Positions 12,771 to 24,244 of a DNA stretch of 64,000 bases are shown piece by piece. Both the position numbers and the translations under genes were made by a program. Source of the DNA: Epiperipatus broadwayi. Taxonomy: Eukaryota > Animalia > Onychophora. The number at the start of each line of letters is the position of its first letter. The first letter of the stretch is position 1. Below the pieces are notes generated by a model. It saw only the letters and a program-made list of their open reading frames with translations. It searched no databases and was not told where the DNA came from. The stretch covers positions 5,580,001-5,644,000 of the forward strand of contig JAQFVV010000003.1 of assembly GCA_028023455.1 (NCBI GenBank). The letters are read 5' to 3'.

Positions 12771-14786
12771 TGTACCGATATATAAATATGCCGTTACATT
12801 AATTTAAAATAAAATCTTAAAGTTCACAAATAAAAATAAAATCTATTAAAAAAAAAACTAAACGCTAAAATTAAAATGTTTGTTAAACGTATATATTCGC
12901 ACAGATGCAAAACTTTAAAAATATTTTTTTAAAAAACAAATAAATAAGTATTTGAATGTACTTTTTTATAAAAAAAGATAAAATATTTTTGTAGATGGAA
13001 ATGATTGTTTATTAATTATCCAAAAGCTGTGTAATTAAAAAGTCAGATGAAAAATAGATAAGAGAATAAAGAGATTTTAGCTTGACCAATGGAAGCAAAT
13101 AAAGGCCCGGACCATAATGAAAAAATGGAACAGTGACATTTTTGTTCATGGAATCCATAGGAGGACTATAAAAAGAAAAATATTGAGTTCCAGTCAGTTC
13201 CAACTTGATTTTGTGAGAAGAACGATAAGACACACTTGTTGTTCTCTCTCATTTATTTTAAAAAATAAAAAGACTGTGATACCAGGATTTTTCCAGCTAA
13301 GGATGCCTTGTGATAAACCGGGTTTCAAATAAGGACTCTGTGGAAATTAACATCAGGAACTGGGAGCTCTTCTACCATAATCTATATGAACTAAACAATT
13401 TTTAAAATCATAAAAAAAAAAAAAAATTAAGAACTTTCATCAAGGTTTGACAAATTTAATAAAGAAGCCAACTTAAATGTTAAAATGGACTCTTATCTGA
13501 TTTTTGTAAGTTTCAAATCAATTAATAATGTTTAATTTTATATGTTTGCATTTGATAAAAAAATCATTTCCATTTATTATTTTATTTGTATTAATATTTA
13601 TTGTTTAAATTTTAAATGAGGAAATTTAAGGTTGGGTATAGACGTTGCATAGATTCGTTAGCGGTTGATTATGTTGTGGTTTTCACATTCGATTAGAATA
13701 TATGTCATCGATGTCACTGCGGCATCTTACGATGAATGCTATTGGGTTTTGTGTATTCCCTATGCAATTGACGTTATCGATGATTTTGTATTTTGATCGG
13801 TTGTGTTTATTTTGAAATGTTTTTAACCGTGGAATTCGTGCAGCCAATCTATACTTGACATTATAAAACAAATTGTATAAAATTCATCTGTGCGAACATA
13901 TCTAAATGTTAAATTTAAGTTGGGCGTGAATGGCTATATAGATTTGTAAAGTTATATATATAGTTTAAGGGAGGGTAATCTTAGGTTATTTATTTTGTAG
14001 TTAAATTGGGTCAATGGATTAGATGTATTGATGTAATTAATAAATGTAGCAGGAGATCCACTACAGGCAGAATTGCATATATACACTGCACACCCCCCTG
14101 TTTGCCTAATGAAATTGGATAGTAAGATGGAAGACACGGTCCATTTCTATGGAGTTTTTTGCTTATTGTTCTTCTCACCAACAGATGTAGCATTCCTGTT
14201 TGGTTGAGAGACAATGTCTTCTCTAACTATACTGTTCAGATGTACATTCCTGACAGTATAGTATATTTAGTGCTGTTGTATTTTCATGCTACATTGAATA
14301 CATAAATGTATCAGATGGATTGACGCCGGTTTGACTGCGAACTTTTGGCCTAAGGTTAAATAAGGAAAAGAATATTTTCTTTTCAAATGCAGATCTATGT
14401 AGTCTATTTATACTCGACCCTCTAAATAAATATTAAACGCATTATTGTAATCTATTTAAAATTAAAGGTTAATATAAAAATATAAAATGTTAAATGTATT
14501 CCTCAAAGTTATTTATACATGCGTTAATAAATATTGTTTCTGTGTTAATTACTGGCAGTGGCTTTTATTTTTTTTATATATACAAACTGAACAAGTTATT
14601 TCTTATCTCTGCGTCTCCATGAGCTAGGGACAATGGGCTAACGATCTGAATATTTAAATAAAGTGGAATCTTAACAGTGCGTATCTGCCTACTTTATAAA
14701 TTTTTCTAGGTTCAAATGTCTAGATGGCGCCCTTGTAGTGCAGATTGCAGTTAGATTCGATCTCCACTTTCTTTTGGATCGTTATA
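12771..14786. mobile_element. ~2-kb LTR-like element (copy A) inserted in (TA)n
   Basis: Termini TGTACCGAT...ATCGTTATA with ATAT on both flanks; colinear homolog at 48830-50824. Confidence 0.7.
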
Positions 14787-14795
14787 ATATATATA

Positions 14796-16985
14796 TGTTA
14801 CATTTAAATTTTAATACTTAACTTTTTTGTAAATATCTAATACTGAATTAAAAGCACAAACTTTCAAAATGCACAAATAACGAATTATTAATTTATAATG
14901 TTTGATTTAAATATTAAGAATAGCTTTAAAAAAATTATAGAATCAAAGCAAAGATTCTAATTTTTAAATAAAATATAATAAAAAACCTTTTGATTTTAAA
15001 AATAACGAGAGTTTTAATCTTAAAAATAAAAATTACAAACAGATCCTTAGGGCAAAATGACTATTAGAAAGATGAATAGAAACAAAAGACTTGCTTTTCC
15101 CACCCAAAAATATAGACACAGACCTGAGTGGAAAAATCCAGGTAGCCAGAAACCCAAAATCTACTTAGCCACGAATCCAAAATCTACTTGGTCACAAACT
15201 CAATGAACCAATGAAATAGAAATATGGAATATGTTTGATGGATCCATGCATTCCAGAGATAAGGTGCCTGAGGACTATAAAAAGAAAAATCCAAAAGCAA
15301 TAATTTGTTAGAGAATTAGAAAATTAAAGTCCAAATTTCGTTGTCTTTGCTGAAAGTAAAATAATTAAAAAATGTATATATTGTCACCATCACTAAGAAT
15401 GTAATCTGCTTCATCATGCTTCCTCCAGTTTGGCCGGCCGAAGGCAGCTTTCATTTTCACAAATCCCAGGATCAAACTACTGGTGCCGTATGCAGAAATA
15501 TTCATCAAGCTTCATAAATAGTCATCATCCACAAGAACAAGGCCCTTGTGAAACTCAGATCTTCATCATGAAGGAATGAGCATGGACAAAGGAAAGTATA
15601 GATTTATAAATGATAAAATGAAATCTAAACTCTCTTAAACTTTAAAATCTTTGAACTTTATTTTTCTTTAAAATGAACCATAGACTCACTTTCCTGAGCA
15701 AGCCTGAACTTTATTTTTTTATAAACTGTGCAATTTTAAACTTTGATCTAAAGTTAAAACACAATCTCTTAAAATATGTATTGTATTTTTTTTAAATTTT
15801 TATTCATGCTTAATAAGATCTGTTTGTAATAGGGTAGGTTTTGTGATTGCAAACTTAAATTTAAAGATGAAAATACTTATCGTTATTTGTGCATTATTGA
15901 ATTTAAAAGAAAGGAAAAGTAGGTTAAATAATATTTATAGTAAAAAAATAAGTTAAATATAATGTGTCATTTTAAAATGATTTAAAACCTTAAAATAAAG
16001 ATTTTTTTTTTTATTAAATTATTAAATTTAATGTAAGTTGAGTGTGGGTAGCCTCATTTAAATATATGTTAGTTTTAAGGGGGTTTTGATTTCGGACTGT
16101 TTGTTTTATAGTTGTGTCAATGCTGGTGGAGAGATAAATGAACATTATATCAATGTAATGTGAAGTGTGTTAGCACATAAGGGCGACAAGCCCAACTGAA
16201 TGCATGACCCCAAAGAGGTAGTCATATCGTTGCAATGGACGCAGACATATTTCCTGCACCATTGACCCATTCCAGCTCTATGGATTGGGATGATAAGCCA
16301 GTAAGATAAACCATGCTCCCATCCATATGTAGGATTATTCTCTTTATTATATTACATGCATGATACCTTCACCAGACAGACATTCATTTCTGTACTGTAT
16401 GAAGGACATGTTTCCTCATATAATATTATGCTTTTCAGATGCACATTCCTCTCAGCATGATTTGATGCTAACATGTTCACATTGCATGGGTTGTGTATAT
16501 ATATCTGGAAGTGAATGCTGGCATGGCTGCGGACCTTTGGCCTGGAATCAAATGTTTTGAAGATCTTTTAAATGTGTCGTCTGGGTGGCATACCTATGCT
16601 CAACATTTTAAGATTAAAAATTAAAGTTAAATACAAATAAAATAATAATAATGAAACAAAATAAAACATAATTTTTCTTTTTATATAATTTTTTTTAAGT
16701 TTGGGTGTTATTACTTATATATACATAAATAAAGTTACTTTTTGTGTTATTAGTAGTGACAGTGATCTAGTGATTGTTTTTATTATTCTTTATTAAAAGA
16801 AATATATTTAATAAATGTTTTAAATCTCTGCTACTCTATGAGCTAGTCACTAGGGCTGATGGTTGTGATCTTAACAGCATGTATCTGCCTACTCTATAAA
16901 GTTTCAAGGTTCAAGAAACCTAGTGGTGCCCTGTATGACAGATATGGTAAGACTGTAAATTTCACTTCTTTCCCGACTGTTTTAT
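14796..16985. mobile_element. Divergent relative of the 2-kb LTR-like element (copy C), head-to-tail with copy A
   Basis: Shared blocks ATCTTAACAGC..GTATCTGCCTACT.TATAAA, GAGGACTATAAAAGAAAAAT and CTAG(A)TGG(C/T)GCCC; ends in (TA)n; left boundary approximate. Confidence 0.55.
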
Positions 16986-17775
16986 ATATATATATATATA
17001 ATATATTGTGCCCTTTTTATTGGTACATCCCATCAGAAAACCAAATTGGAAATAAAATTTATTTTGGCATAATTTTAAATTTTATTAAATCAAAAAGATA
17101 GGTTAAGCTAGAAAAATAACTGTTATTTTAGTATCACAGGGTTTGAACTTAGATTTAGTTAATTTAAAATCATATAAAGGATATAAATGCTAGGTGAAAT
17201 AGTGGGTTACAAAGGTAAATAAAAGATAACATAATAAACTATAAATGTATTATGGTTACAAATAAGTAAACATTTGATAGCATTTATAATTATAGTAAAG
17301 TTAAAATCTAATCTTATAAAAGCAATTATTATTTCTAATTAAATCTTAAGTCATGTTTACAAATAAATGATTAATATTTATATTATGAATCTGATGATTA
17401 ACCCTACCAATTTTCACTATTTTTCTGACAGCTTTCTTTGTTTTCAATAGATTTAATATATTTAAGCTTTCAACTTTCATTTTGTTATTAAACCATTATT
17501 ATTTACTAGAATTTAATAAATTTGCCTCATTTGATAAATATTTTTGTTTAGAAATTAAATAAATTTTAAAAAATCACACTTAACTCTATAATTATTTAAA
17601 AATATATATTTATTCAAAACAAAACACAATCACATCATCAAGCTTTAGATGGAGTCAATTCGATTTATAAAATGAACAAAATTCTTCATTGTTTCAAATT
17701 TGATTAACAAATCTAAATGAATTTTTTTTAATAACTACTAAATCTATCAAATTATCCATTGAAAGTTTACAATTT

Positions 17776-17846
17776 ATTGGTGGTCAAGAGGTCAGTGATG
17801 GCTGCTTTACAAGCAGTTGTCCCGGCTTCCTGGCTGATGCTATGAC
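17776..17846 (+). mobile_element. Short tRNA-derived SINE
   Basis: ATTGGTGGTCAAGAGGTCAG...GATGCTATGAC shared with the copy at 18531-18638. Confidence 0.55.
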
Positions 17847-18530
17847 CCATGAGAAAAAAATAGTTTACAATTTTTTCATAATTTTTATGATATTGCTAAA
17901 TATAATGCCAATCAGGTGAATGATCTCATTTTGTGGACAGCAGTCTTTCCCATGATTATAATCTCTATAGTAATAATATTTAGAAGAAAATATTCTTTTT
18001 TATTTAAAAATAAAACATTTCTGTCAAAAATAAATATGTAAATGCACTTACTTTTCATTTTTAATAATTATTACATAATTAGGTTACCAATATAATCATA
18101 AACATTCCAAAAAATGAAGTTTTTATACAACTGTAATATTTTCTCGAAGACAGTAATATTTTCTCAGAGTAATCACACAAGATTTAAGATTGCAAAATAT
18201 ATAATAGCTTTCTATCATTGGCAGAGTTTGCAATCATTTGTTGGACTATCTCTTGGCTTTCAAGTCATCTATTGATTTTTTTGTATTAAAAATATTAGAA
18301 AATAAATATACATGGATTTTAAAGCCTTAAAAACAAAAAGCCTTGCAAAATTTTTAGCAGAAGGCAAAAAATGCAAATTTAAAATTTAAAAAGCTGAAGT
18401 ACCTCTCATGCACTTTGAAAGTAAATATGGTTAAAAAATTATAAAAGTAATATCGAATCTAGTGTATAAAAATAAAACCACAATGATCTAAAGTAAATTG
18501 TATTTTATTCAGTTTCTAAAAGGAATTATT

Positions 18531-18638
18531 ATTATTTTTTAAGTGTCATAGCATCGACCGGGACGCAAACCTGCAACCCAGGCAACTTCCCGCTAGAGCA
18601 AGGCAGTCGCGCTGACCTCTCGACCACCAATGCAAGAC
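18531..18638 (-). mobile_element. Young ~108-bp tRNA-derived SINE with 13-bp TSD
   Basis: Minus strand: A-box TGGTCGAGAGG, B-box-like GGTTTGCGTCC, A-rich tail; flanked by AAAAGGAATTATT at 18518-18530 and 18639-18651; CpG-rich. Confidence 0.7.
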
Positions 18639-18734
18639 AAAAGGAATTATTTTTATTGAAAAATATTTTAAAACTGAAAATAATTGTTTTAAAAATAGAT
18701 CAAATATTAACAACTAAGTAAATATTTTAAAAGC

Positions 18735-19055
18735 AGGGAGGGGGGATTTGAACTCAGATTTTCAAACACCCTTCAACTATCCACACTATCTCATACAACT
18801 GATACACATGACCACATACTTGTAGAAAAGATAACCAATCACCAATATATGTATTTCATGCTAAACCAGAACTCATCAGTTGGTCAAGATTATCATCTCC
18901 CACACATATATATAATCAGTGCTCAGTTTATATTAAGATAGCAAATCTTCATACTTTAATGGACAGGTTTCAATATACTCCAACCTCCAACTTTTCAGCC
19001 ATCCATATCATTGAAAATCTGATGATGAAAACATAAATCCCATGCTGATGCCAAT
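18735..19055 (-). mobile_element. Hammerhead-bearing element family A, truncated copy
   Basis: Colinear with the 472-bp unit at 19997-20470; contains hammerhead at 18841-18884. Confidence 0.75.
18841..18884 (-). ncRNA. Type I hammerhead ribozyme (family A), stem II mismatch
   Basis: ACCAA CTGATGA GTTCT GGTTT AGCAT GAAA TACAT ATA TTGGT. Confidence 0.65.
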
Positions 19056-19331
19056 ATATATATTTTCTGAACATCACATAAAACTGTGTTTAAGAATAGT
19101 GTTTGCTCTCTATATATTATTTTTACATTCACTTATTATAAATCTGAGTAATCAATATGTATCAGATGACAATATTATAATCCACCTTCTCTGACAAATT
19201 TCTGGCAAACAATTTTTAATAGTGATAATAGACAGGGTATGAACACAGACCTTCACATGACCCACCAATCTCCACACTATCTCATAACACCAATACACTT
19301 GAACACACATATGTTGAAAAGATAAATAATC

Positions 19332-19375
19332 ACCAATATACGTATTTCATGCTAAACCAGCAATCATCAGTTGGT
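19332..19375 (-). ncRNA. Type I hammerhead ribozyme (family A)
   Basis: ACCAA CTGATGA TTGCT GGTTT AGCAT GAAA TACGT ATA TTGGT; core intact, T-T at base of stem II. Confidence 0.75.
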
Positions 19376-19803
19376 CCAGATTACCATCTCTACACATATA
19401 TGCTACAAGTGCTCAGATATATATTAAGATAGCAAATCCTCCTACTTTAATGGACAGGCTTCAATCCACTCCACACTGCAACTCTTCAACCGTCCATCCA
19501 ATTGAAAATCTGATGATGGAACGCTCAAAGGCCACCCTGAGGCCGAGATTATTGTCACACCCATGTTGACCTAAAGTCAATCTGACCCCACATGTACAGG
19601 ACATAATCCATTAAATACATATGCAAGGGATAGGCAGACATCTCTAATATGTAATAGCTGAAATACACAGGCTTATATATACCTGTGTCTATATATGTAA
19701 TAGACAGGGTATGAACACAGACTTTCACATGACCCACCAATCTCCACACTATCTCATAACACTGATACACTTGAACACACATATGTTGAAAAGATAAATA
19801 ATC

Positions 19804-19847
19804 ACCAATATACGTATTTCATGCTAAACCAGCAATCATCAGTTGGT
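19804..19847 (-). ncRNA. Type I hammerhead ribozyme (family A)
   Basis: Identical to 19332-19375, 472 bp away. Confidence 0.75.
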
Positions 19848-20274
19848 CCAGATTACCATCTCTACACATATATGCTACAAGTGCTCAGATATATATTAAG
19901 ATAGCAAATCCTCCTACTTTAATGGACAGGCTTCAATCCACTCCACACTGCAACTCTTCAACCGTCCATCCAATTGAAAATCTGATGATGGAACGCTACA
20001 TATTAGACATGTCTGCCTATCCCTTGTATATGTATTTAATGGATTATGTCCTGTACATGTGGGGTCAGATTGACCTTAGGTCAACATGGGTGTGACAATA
20101 ATCTCGGCCTCAGGGTGGCCTTTGAGCGTTCCATCATCAGATTTTCAATTGGATGGACGGTTGAAGAGTTGCAGTGTGGAGTGGATTGAAGCCTGTCCAT
20201 TAAAGTAGGAGGATTTGCTATCTTAATATATATCTGAGCACTTGTAGCATATATGTGTAGAGATGGTAATCTGG

Positions 20275-20318
20275 ACCAACTGATGATTGCTGGTTTAGCA
20301 TGAAATACGTATATTGGT
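20275..20318 (+). ncRNA. Type I hammerhead ribozyme (family A)
   Basis: Stem I ACCAA/TTGGT extended by GTAATC/GATTAT around a TGG bulge; CTGATGA 20280-20286; GAAA 20302-20305; palindromic loop ACGT; predicted cleavage after ATA at 20313. Confidence 0.8.
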
Positions 20319-21267
20319 GATTATTTATCTTTTCAACATATGTGTGTTCAAGTGTATCAGTGTTATGAGATAGTGTGGAGATTGGTGGGTCATGTGAAAG
20401 TCTGTGTTCATACCCTGTCTATTACATATATAGACACAGGTATATATAAGCCTGTGTATTTCAGCTATTAATAGTGATAAGTTTTGGACTACTTCTTTAT
20501 AAGTAATTTACAGACCATTCAGAAATAAAAGAAAGGGTTAAAAAATGTTCTGCAACACTTCAGTAAGCATGCAAATATAACTATTTCTATTTAAAATTAC
20601 AAACAAAGGAATTGTCAAAAAAAAAAAAAAAAAAGCTTATTTACTACTGGTCTTCCCTTAAAAATCATTTTATCAATAAAATAATAATATCAAAGGCAGC
20701 AACTAATAATGAAGACATATAAATATTGTCAGTATTTTTTATGTGTGATCAGTCAAAAGCAAATGCAGAATAATAAAGAATAATAAATACTATATTAAAA
20801 AGCATGGAAAAGATCTATAGATATAAGATATCGTTAAAAATAAAAATGAGAATTGTTCATATTATCATAACTTCTGCAACTCTATATGGATGTAAATAAC
20901 TGAAGAAGGATAGAAAAAATATATATGCACTTAAAATATGGTGCTTTTCAAAATAGTATATATATCAAGTAAGCAAGTGGATATTAATCGGATTAGATTT
21001 GACTTCATTTGATGCATAAATTATTTTAGTTTATCATACTATGAGATGATCTAACTTATTATAAAAATATAAAATAAGGACAAGTAGCAATGATTCCATT
21101 ATCCAATAATATCTTTCATATAACTCTAGAAGCCAACATTGGCTCACCCACAGTTAGTAATAAAAATGTTTTATTTGGATTGTAATTTAATATAGATTTG
21201 TACAATAACAATAATAAATAAATAAAATTGTAAGTTTAGAAATACATTAGATGGCAACTCGAAAATG

Positions 21268-21311
<44 letters not shown>
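21268..21311. repeat. (AAT)n microsatellite
   Basis: About 14 perfect ATA/AAT units. Confidence 0.95.
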
Positions 21312-21312
<1 letters not shown>

Positions 21313-22596
21313 TATGGTTAATTAACAATTAGAAATCAAAATAAATGAAATGGATATGCATTGAGAAATATTAAAGTTATATGTTGGGGAAATAATAAAA
21401 TATGAAAAGAAATAGAATAAAAAGTCGGTGAGTTCAAATAAGTAGACATCTTTAATAATTAGAGACGATACAGAAAGATTTAGAAAAAGTAATCTAGATA
21501 GTTACTAAAACCAGCATTTAAGTAGATGTCTTGTGACAATGATAAACAATTTAATTAGCAAAGCCATCAGCAGTATTAAAAAAAAAGATTTAAATAAGTG
21601 TTGTAATATTTTTTATAGTGCGTTTGCATTTCTCTCTCTCTTTATTTTTAGTGATAATGTTAGCACGCTTTAGTAGATTGTCTTTTTTCCAACATATTTT
21701 AAATGATTATAATTTTAAAAATAGAATTTTAATACTGCCGTGTAGTAACATAAGGAAAAAAATAAACAAATGTTATTAAATATGTTTAGTCTAATTTATG
21801 TATAAGCACGAATAGTTTTTTTTAATGAATATTACCTCTAAATTTAAAATTAAGATGACACTTTTTACACATGCAATACTAATGCGAAAGCTAACAGACA
21901 ACTTTTAATAAATAAAAAATGGTCACTTCATTAATAGGACAGACTAATTTAATATTAATAAAGAGCTGCTATAGTATCATGAAACAAAATATGCTTTTAT
22001 TAAAATTACAAGGGATAAAAAATGTTTTTAAGTTGTCAGTGAAGCAAGCAGTTTTAAATTTTTTTATTATTATTATTATTATTTAAAAAAATTACATTTA
22101 AGTATTTCAAATAAGAAACTATTTAAGTAATATTTTTTTAGAACTTATACATGAAATATCACGTGACAATACACTATAATTTCAGCAAGCTTTTTCTTTT
22201 TTGTGACTATTGAAATCCATTCAGGACTAACTTTAAACAATATTAGAAGGCAGCTGAAGGATAAGAAAAAACTACTTATTAATTTATCAATTTTCTATAT
22301 TACATTAATGGAAATACTATTAATGCTCTATATTTATAAAGCTGTGAATTTCTAAAAAAAAATGCAGTAATTGCCAAAAAGAGATAGAAAGAGAACAATA
22401 ATATTGTTTTATTAATTGGTTTAAGAATTAATTGAAATAGAATAAGTTAATTGCAGTATTTATCAGACTACATAAAATTTATTACAGATTTTAATATATG
22501 AGGTTTGAATTCAGACTTTCACACAACCATCAACCATCCATGCTATCTCACACTGCTGCTACACTTGATCACACAATGTCAAAAAGATAAATAATC

Positions 22597-22640
22597 ACCA
22601 ATGTACATATTTTGTGCTAAATCAGCACTCATCAATTGGT
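22597..22640 (-). ncRNA. Inactivated hammerhead (family A)
   Basis: TTGATGA (C3 lost), perfect stem II GTGCT/AGCAC, AAAA in place of GAAA. Confidence 0.6.
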
Positions 22641-22910
22641 CCAGATTATCATCTCCACACATATATACAGTCAAAGTTCAGCTTATATTAATGTAGCAAT
22701 CTTCATACTTTAATGGACAAACTTCAAACCACTCCACCCCATAACTCTTTAGCCATCCATTTCATTGAAAATCTGATGATAGAGTGCTCAAATCCCACCT
22801 TAGTGCCAACCTTCTTATCCTACCCATGTTGACCACAAGTCACTCTGACCCCTCAAGTACAGGACATAATCTATTTACATATATATATATATATATATAT
22901 ATGTATCTCC

Positions 22911-22955
<45 letters not shown>

Positions 22956-23098
22956 GGATGGGCAGACCTTAAAGCAACTTTATTTTAAAATATGAATTTT
23001 TTCTACAGGTTTGAAGCCTGTCCATTAAAGTATGAAGATTGGCTATCTTAATATAAGCTGAGCTTTGATTGTATATATGTGTGGAGATGATAATCTGG

Positions 23099-23142
23099 AC
23101 CAACTGATGAGTGCTGGTTTAGCACAAATTATGTATATTGGT
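23099..23142 (+). ncRNA. Inactivated hammerhead (family A)
   Basis: ACCAA CTGATGA GTGCT GGTTT AGCAC AAAT TATGT ATA TTGGT; GAAA box mutated. Confidence 0.65.
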
Positions 23143-23875
23143 GATTATTTATCTTCTAGACATGTGTGTGATCAAGTGTGTCAGTAGTATGAGATAGTAT
23201 GGATGGTTGAGGGTTGTGTGAAAGTCTGAGTTCAACCCCCTTTATATTACATATATAAGTGCAGGTATGAAAAAGCCTGTACTGTCGAAAAAATTCATAT
23301 TACAGATTTTAATGTAAAAATCAAATCTAAATGTTTGAAAAAATATTTATAAGTAGGTATGTATACATGTTTAAAATGTATTGGTATATATTGGAACCTT
23401 AAAGTTTGCTTATAGAACCATGTATAGGTTAGTTGTAAGATGGATGCATATTTTAAAAAGAAATAAAAAAAGTAAGAGGAGATGAGTTACATTAAAATAA
23501 AATATTATAAGTAATTAAAATGTTTCTGTGATATTTTATAATACAAATAATTAGTTTGTTTACACATTTTAATTAACGTTTAGATCTTGCAAGGGTGTGC
23601 ATGCATATATAATTGTTATTTTAACTGAGAGAAAAGTTTTAAAAAACTGACCACACATAAAGTTCATTGTTAAAGGAATTAGAATTTAATACTATCTAAA
23701 TTATAATCTTATAGGTTAAATGTATGATTTTTTTCCTACAGTACAGGCTTTTTTATACCTTCACTCCAATATGTAATATATAGGGGTTCGAACTCAGACT
23801 TTCATATGATTCTCAACTATCCATGCTATTTCATACTGCTGACACACTTGATCACCCACAATGTCGGAAGGATAA

Positions 23876-23918
23876 ATAATCAATGTATTTCATGCTAAAC
23901 CAGCACTCGTCAGTTGGT
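23876..23918 (-). ncRNA. Hammerhead (family A) with cleavage site deleted
   Basis: ACCAA CTGACGA GTGCT GGTTT AGCAT GAAA TACAT, then a short deletion removing most of the cleavage triplet and 3' stem I. Confidence 0.6.
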
Positions 23919-24202
23919 CCAGATTGTCATATCCACACATATATACAATCAATGCTCAGCTTACATTAAGATAGCCGATCTTCATATTTTAATGGAAATG
24001 TTTCAATCCACTCCACACCACACTCTTCAGCCATCCATTTTTCATTGAAAATCTGATGATGGAATGCTCAAAGCCCACATTAGTGCTAACCTTTTCATCC
24101 CACCCATGTTGACCATAAATCACTCTAGTCCCTCATGAAGATTGGCTATCTTAATATAAACTGAGCATTGATTGTATATATGGTATGGAGATGATAATCT
24201 GT

Positions 24203-24244
24203 ACCAATTGACAAGTGCTGGTTCAGCTCGAAATACATATTGGT
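24203..24244 (+). ncRNA. Inactivated hammerhead (family A)
   Basis: TTGACAA in place of CTGANGA, but retains the ancestral CGAAA. Confidence 0.55.

Larger units (their letters stand above)
19229..20467 (+). mobile_element. Family A composite insertion 1 (inverted tandem arm + full 472-bp unit) with 13-bp TSD
   Basis: TTAATAGTGATAA at 19216-19228 and 20468-20480; direct repeat period 472 bp; inversion junction at 19996/19997. Confidence 0.85.
22496..23297 (+). mobile_element. Family A composite insertion 2 with 16-bp TSD and internal (TA)n expansion
   Basis: TATTACAGATTTTAAT at 22480-22495 and 23298-23313; inversion junction near 23008. Confidence 0.85.

Noticed and set aside
20090-20470. 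Reading frame in the family A unit interrupted almost only by TGA, and an ENLMME..KPTL frame on the other strand
   Set aside because: Not preserved in other copies, and the second is antisense to the ribozyme; treated as chance rather than an alternative code or a GIY-YIG relic.
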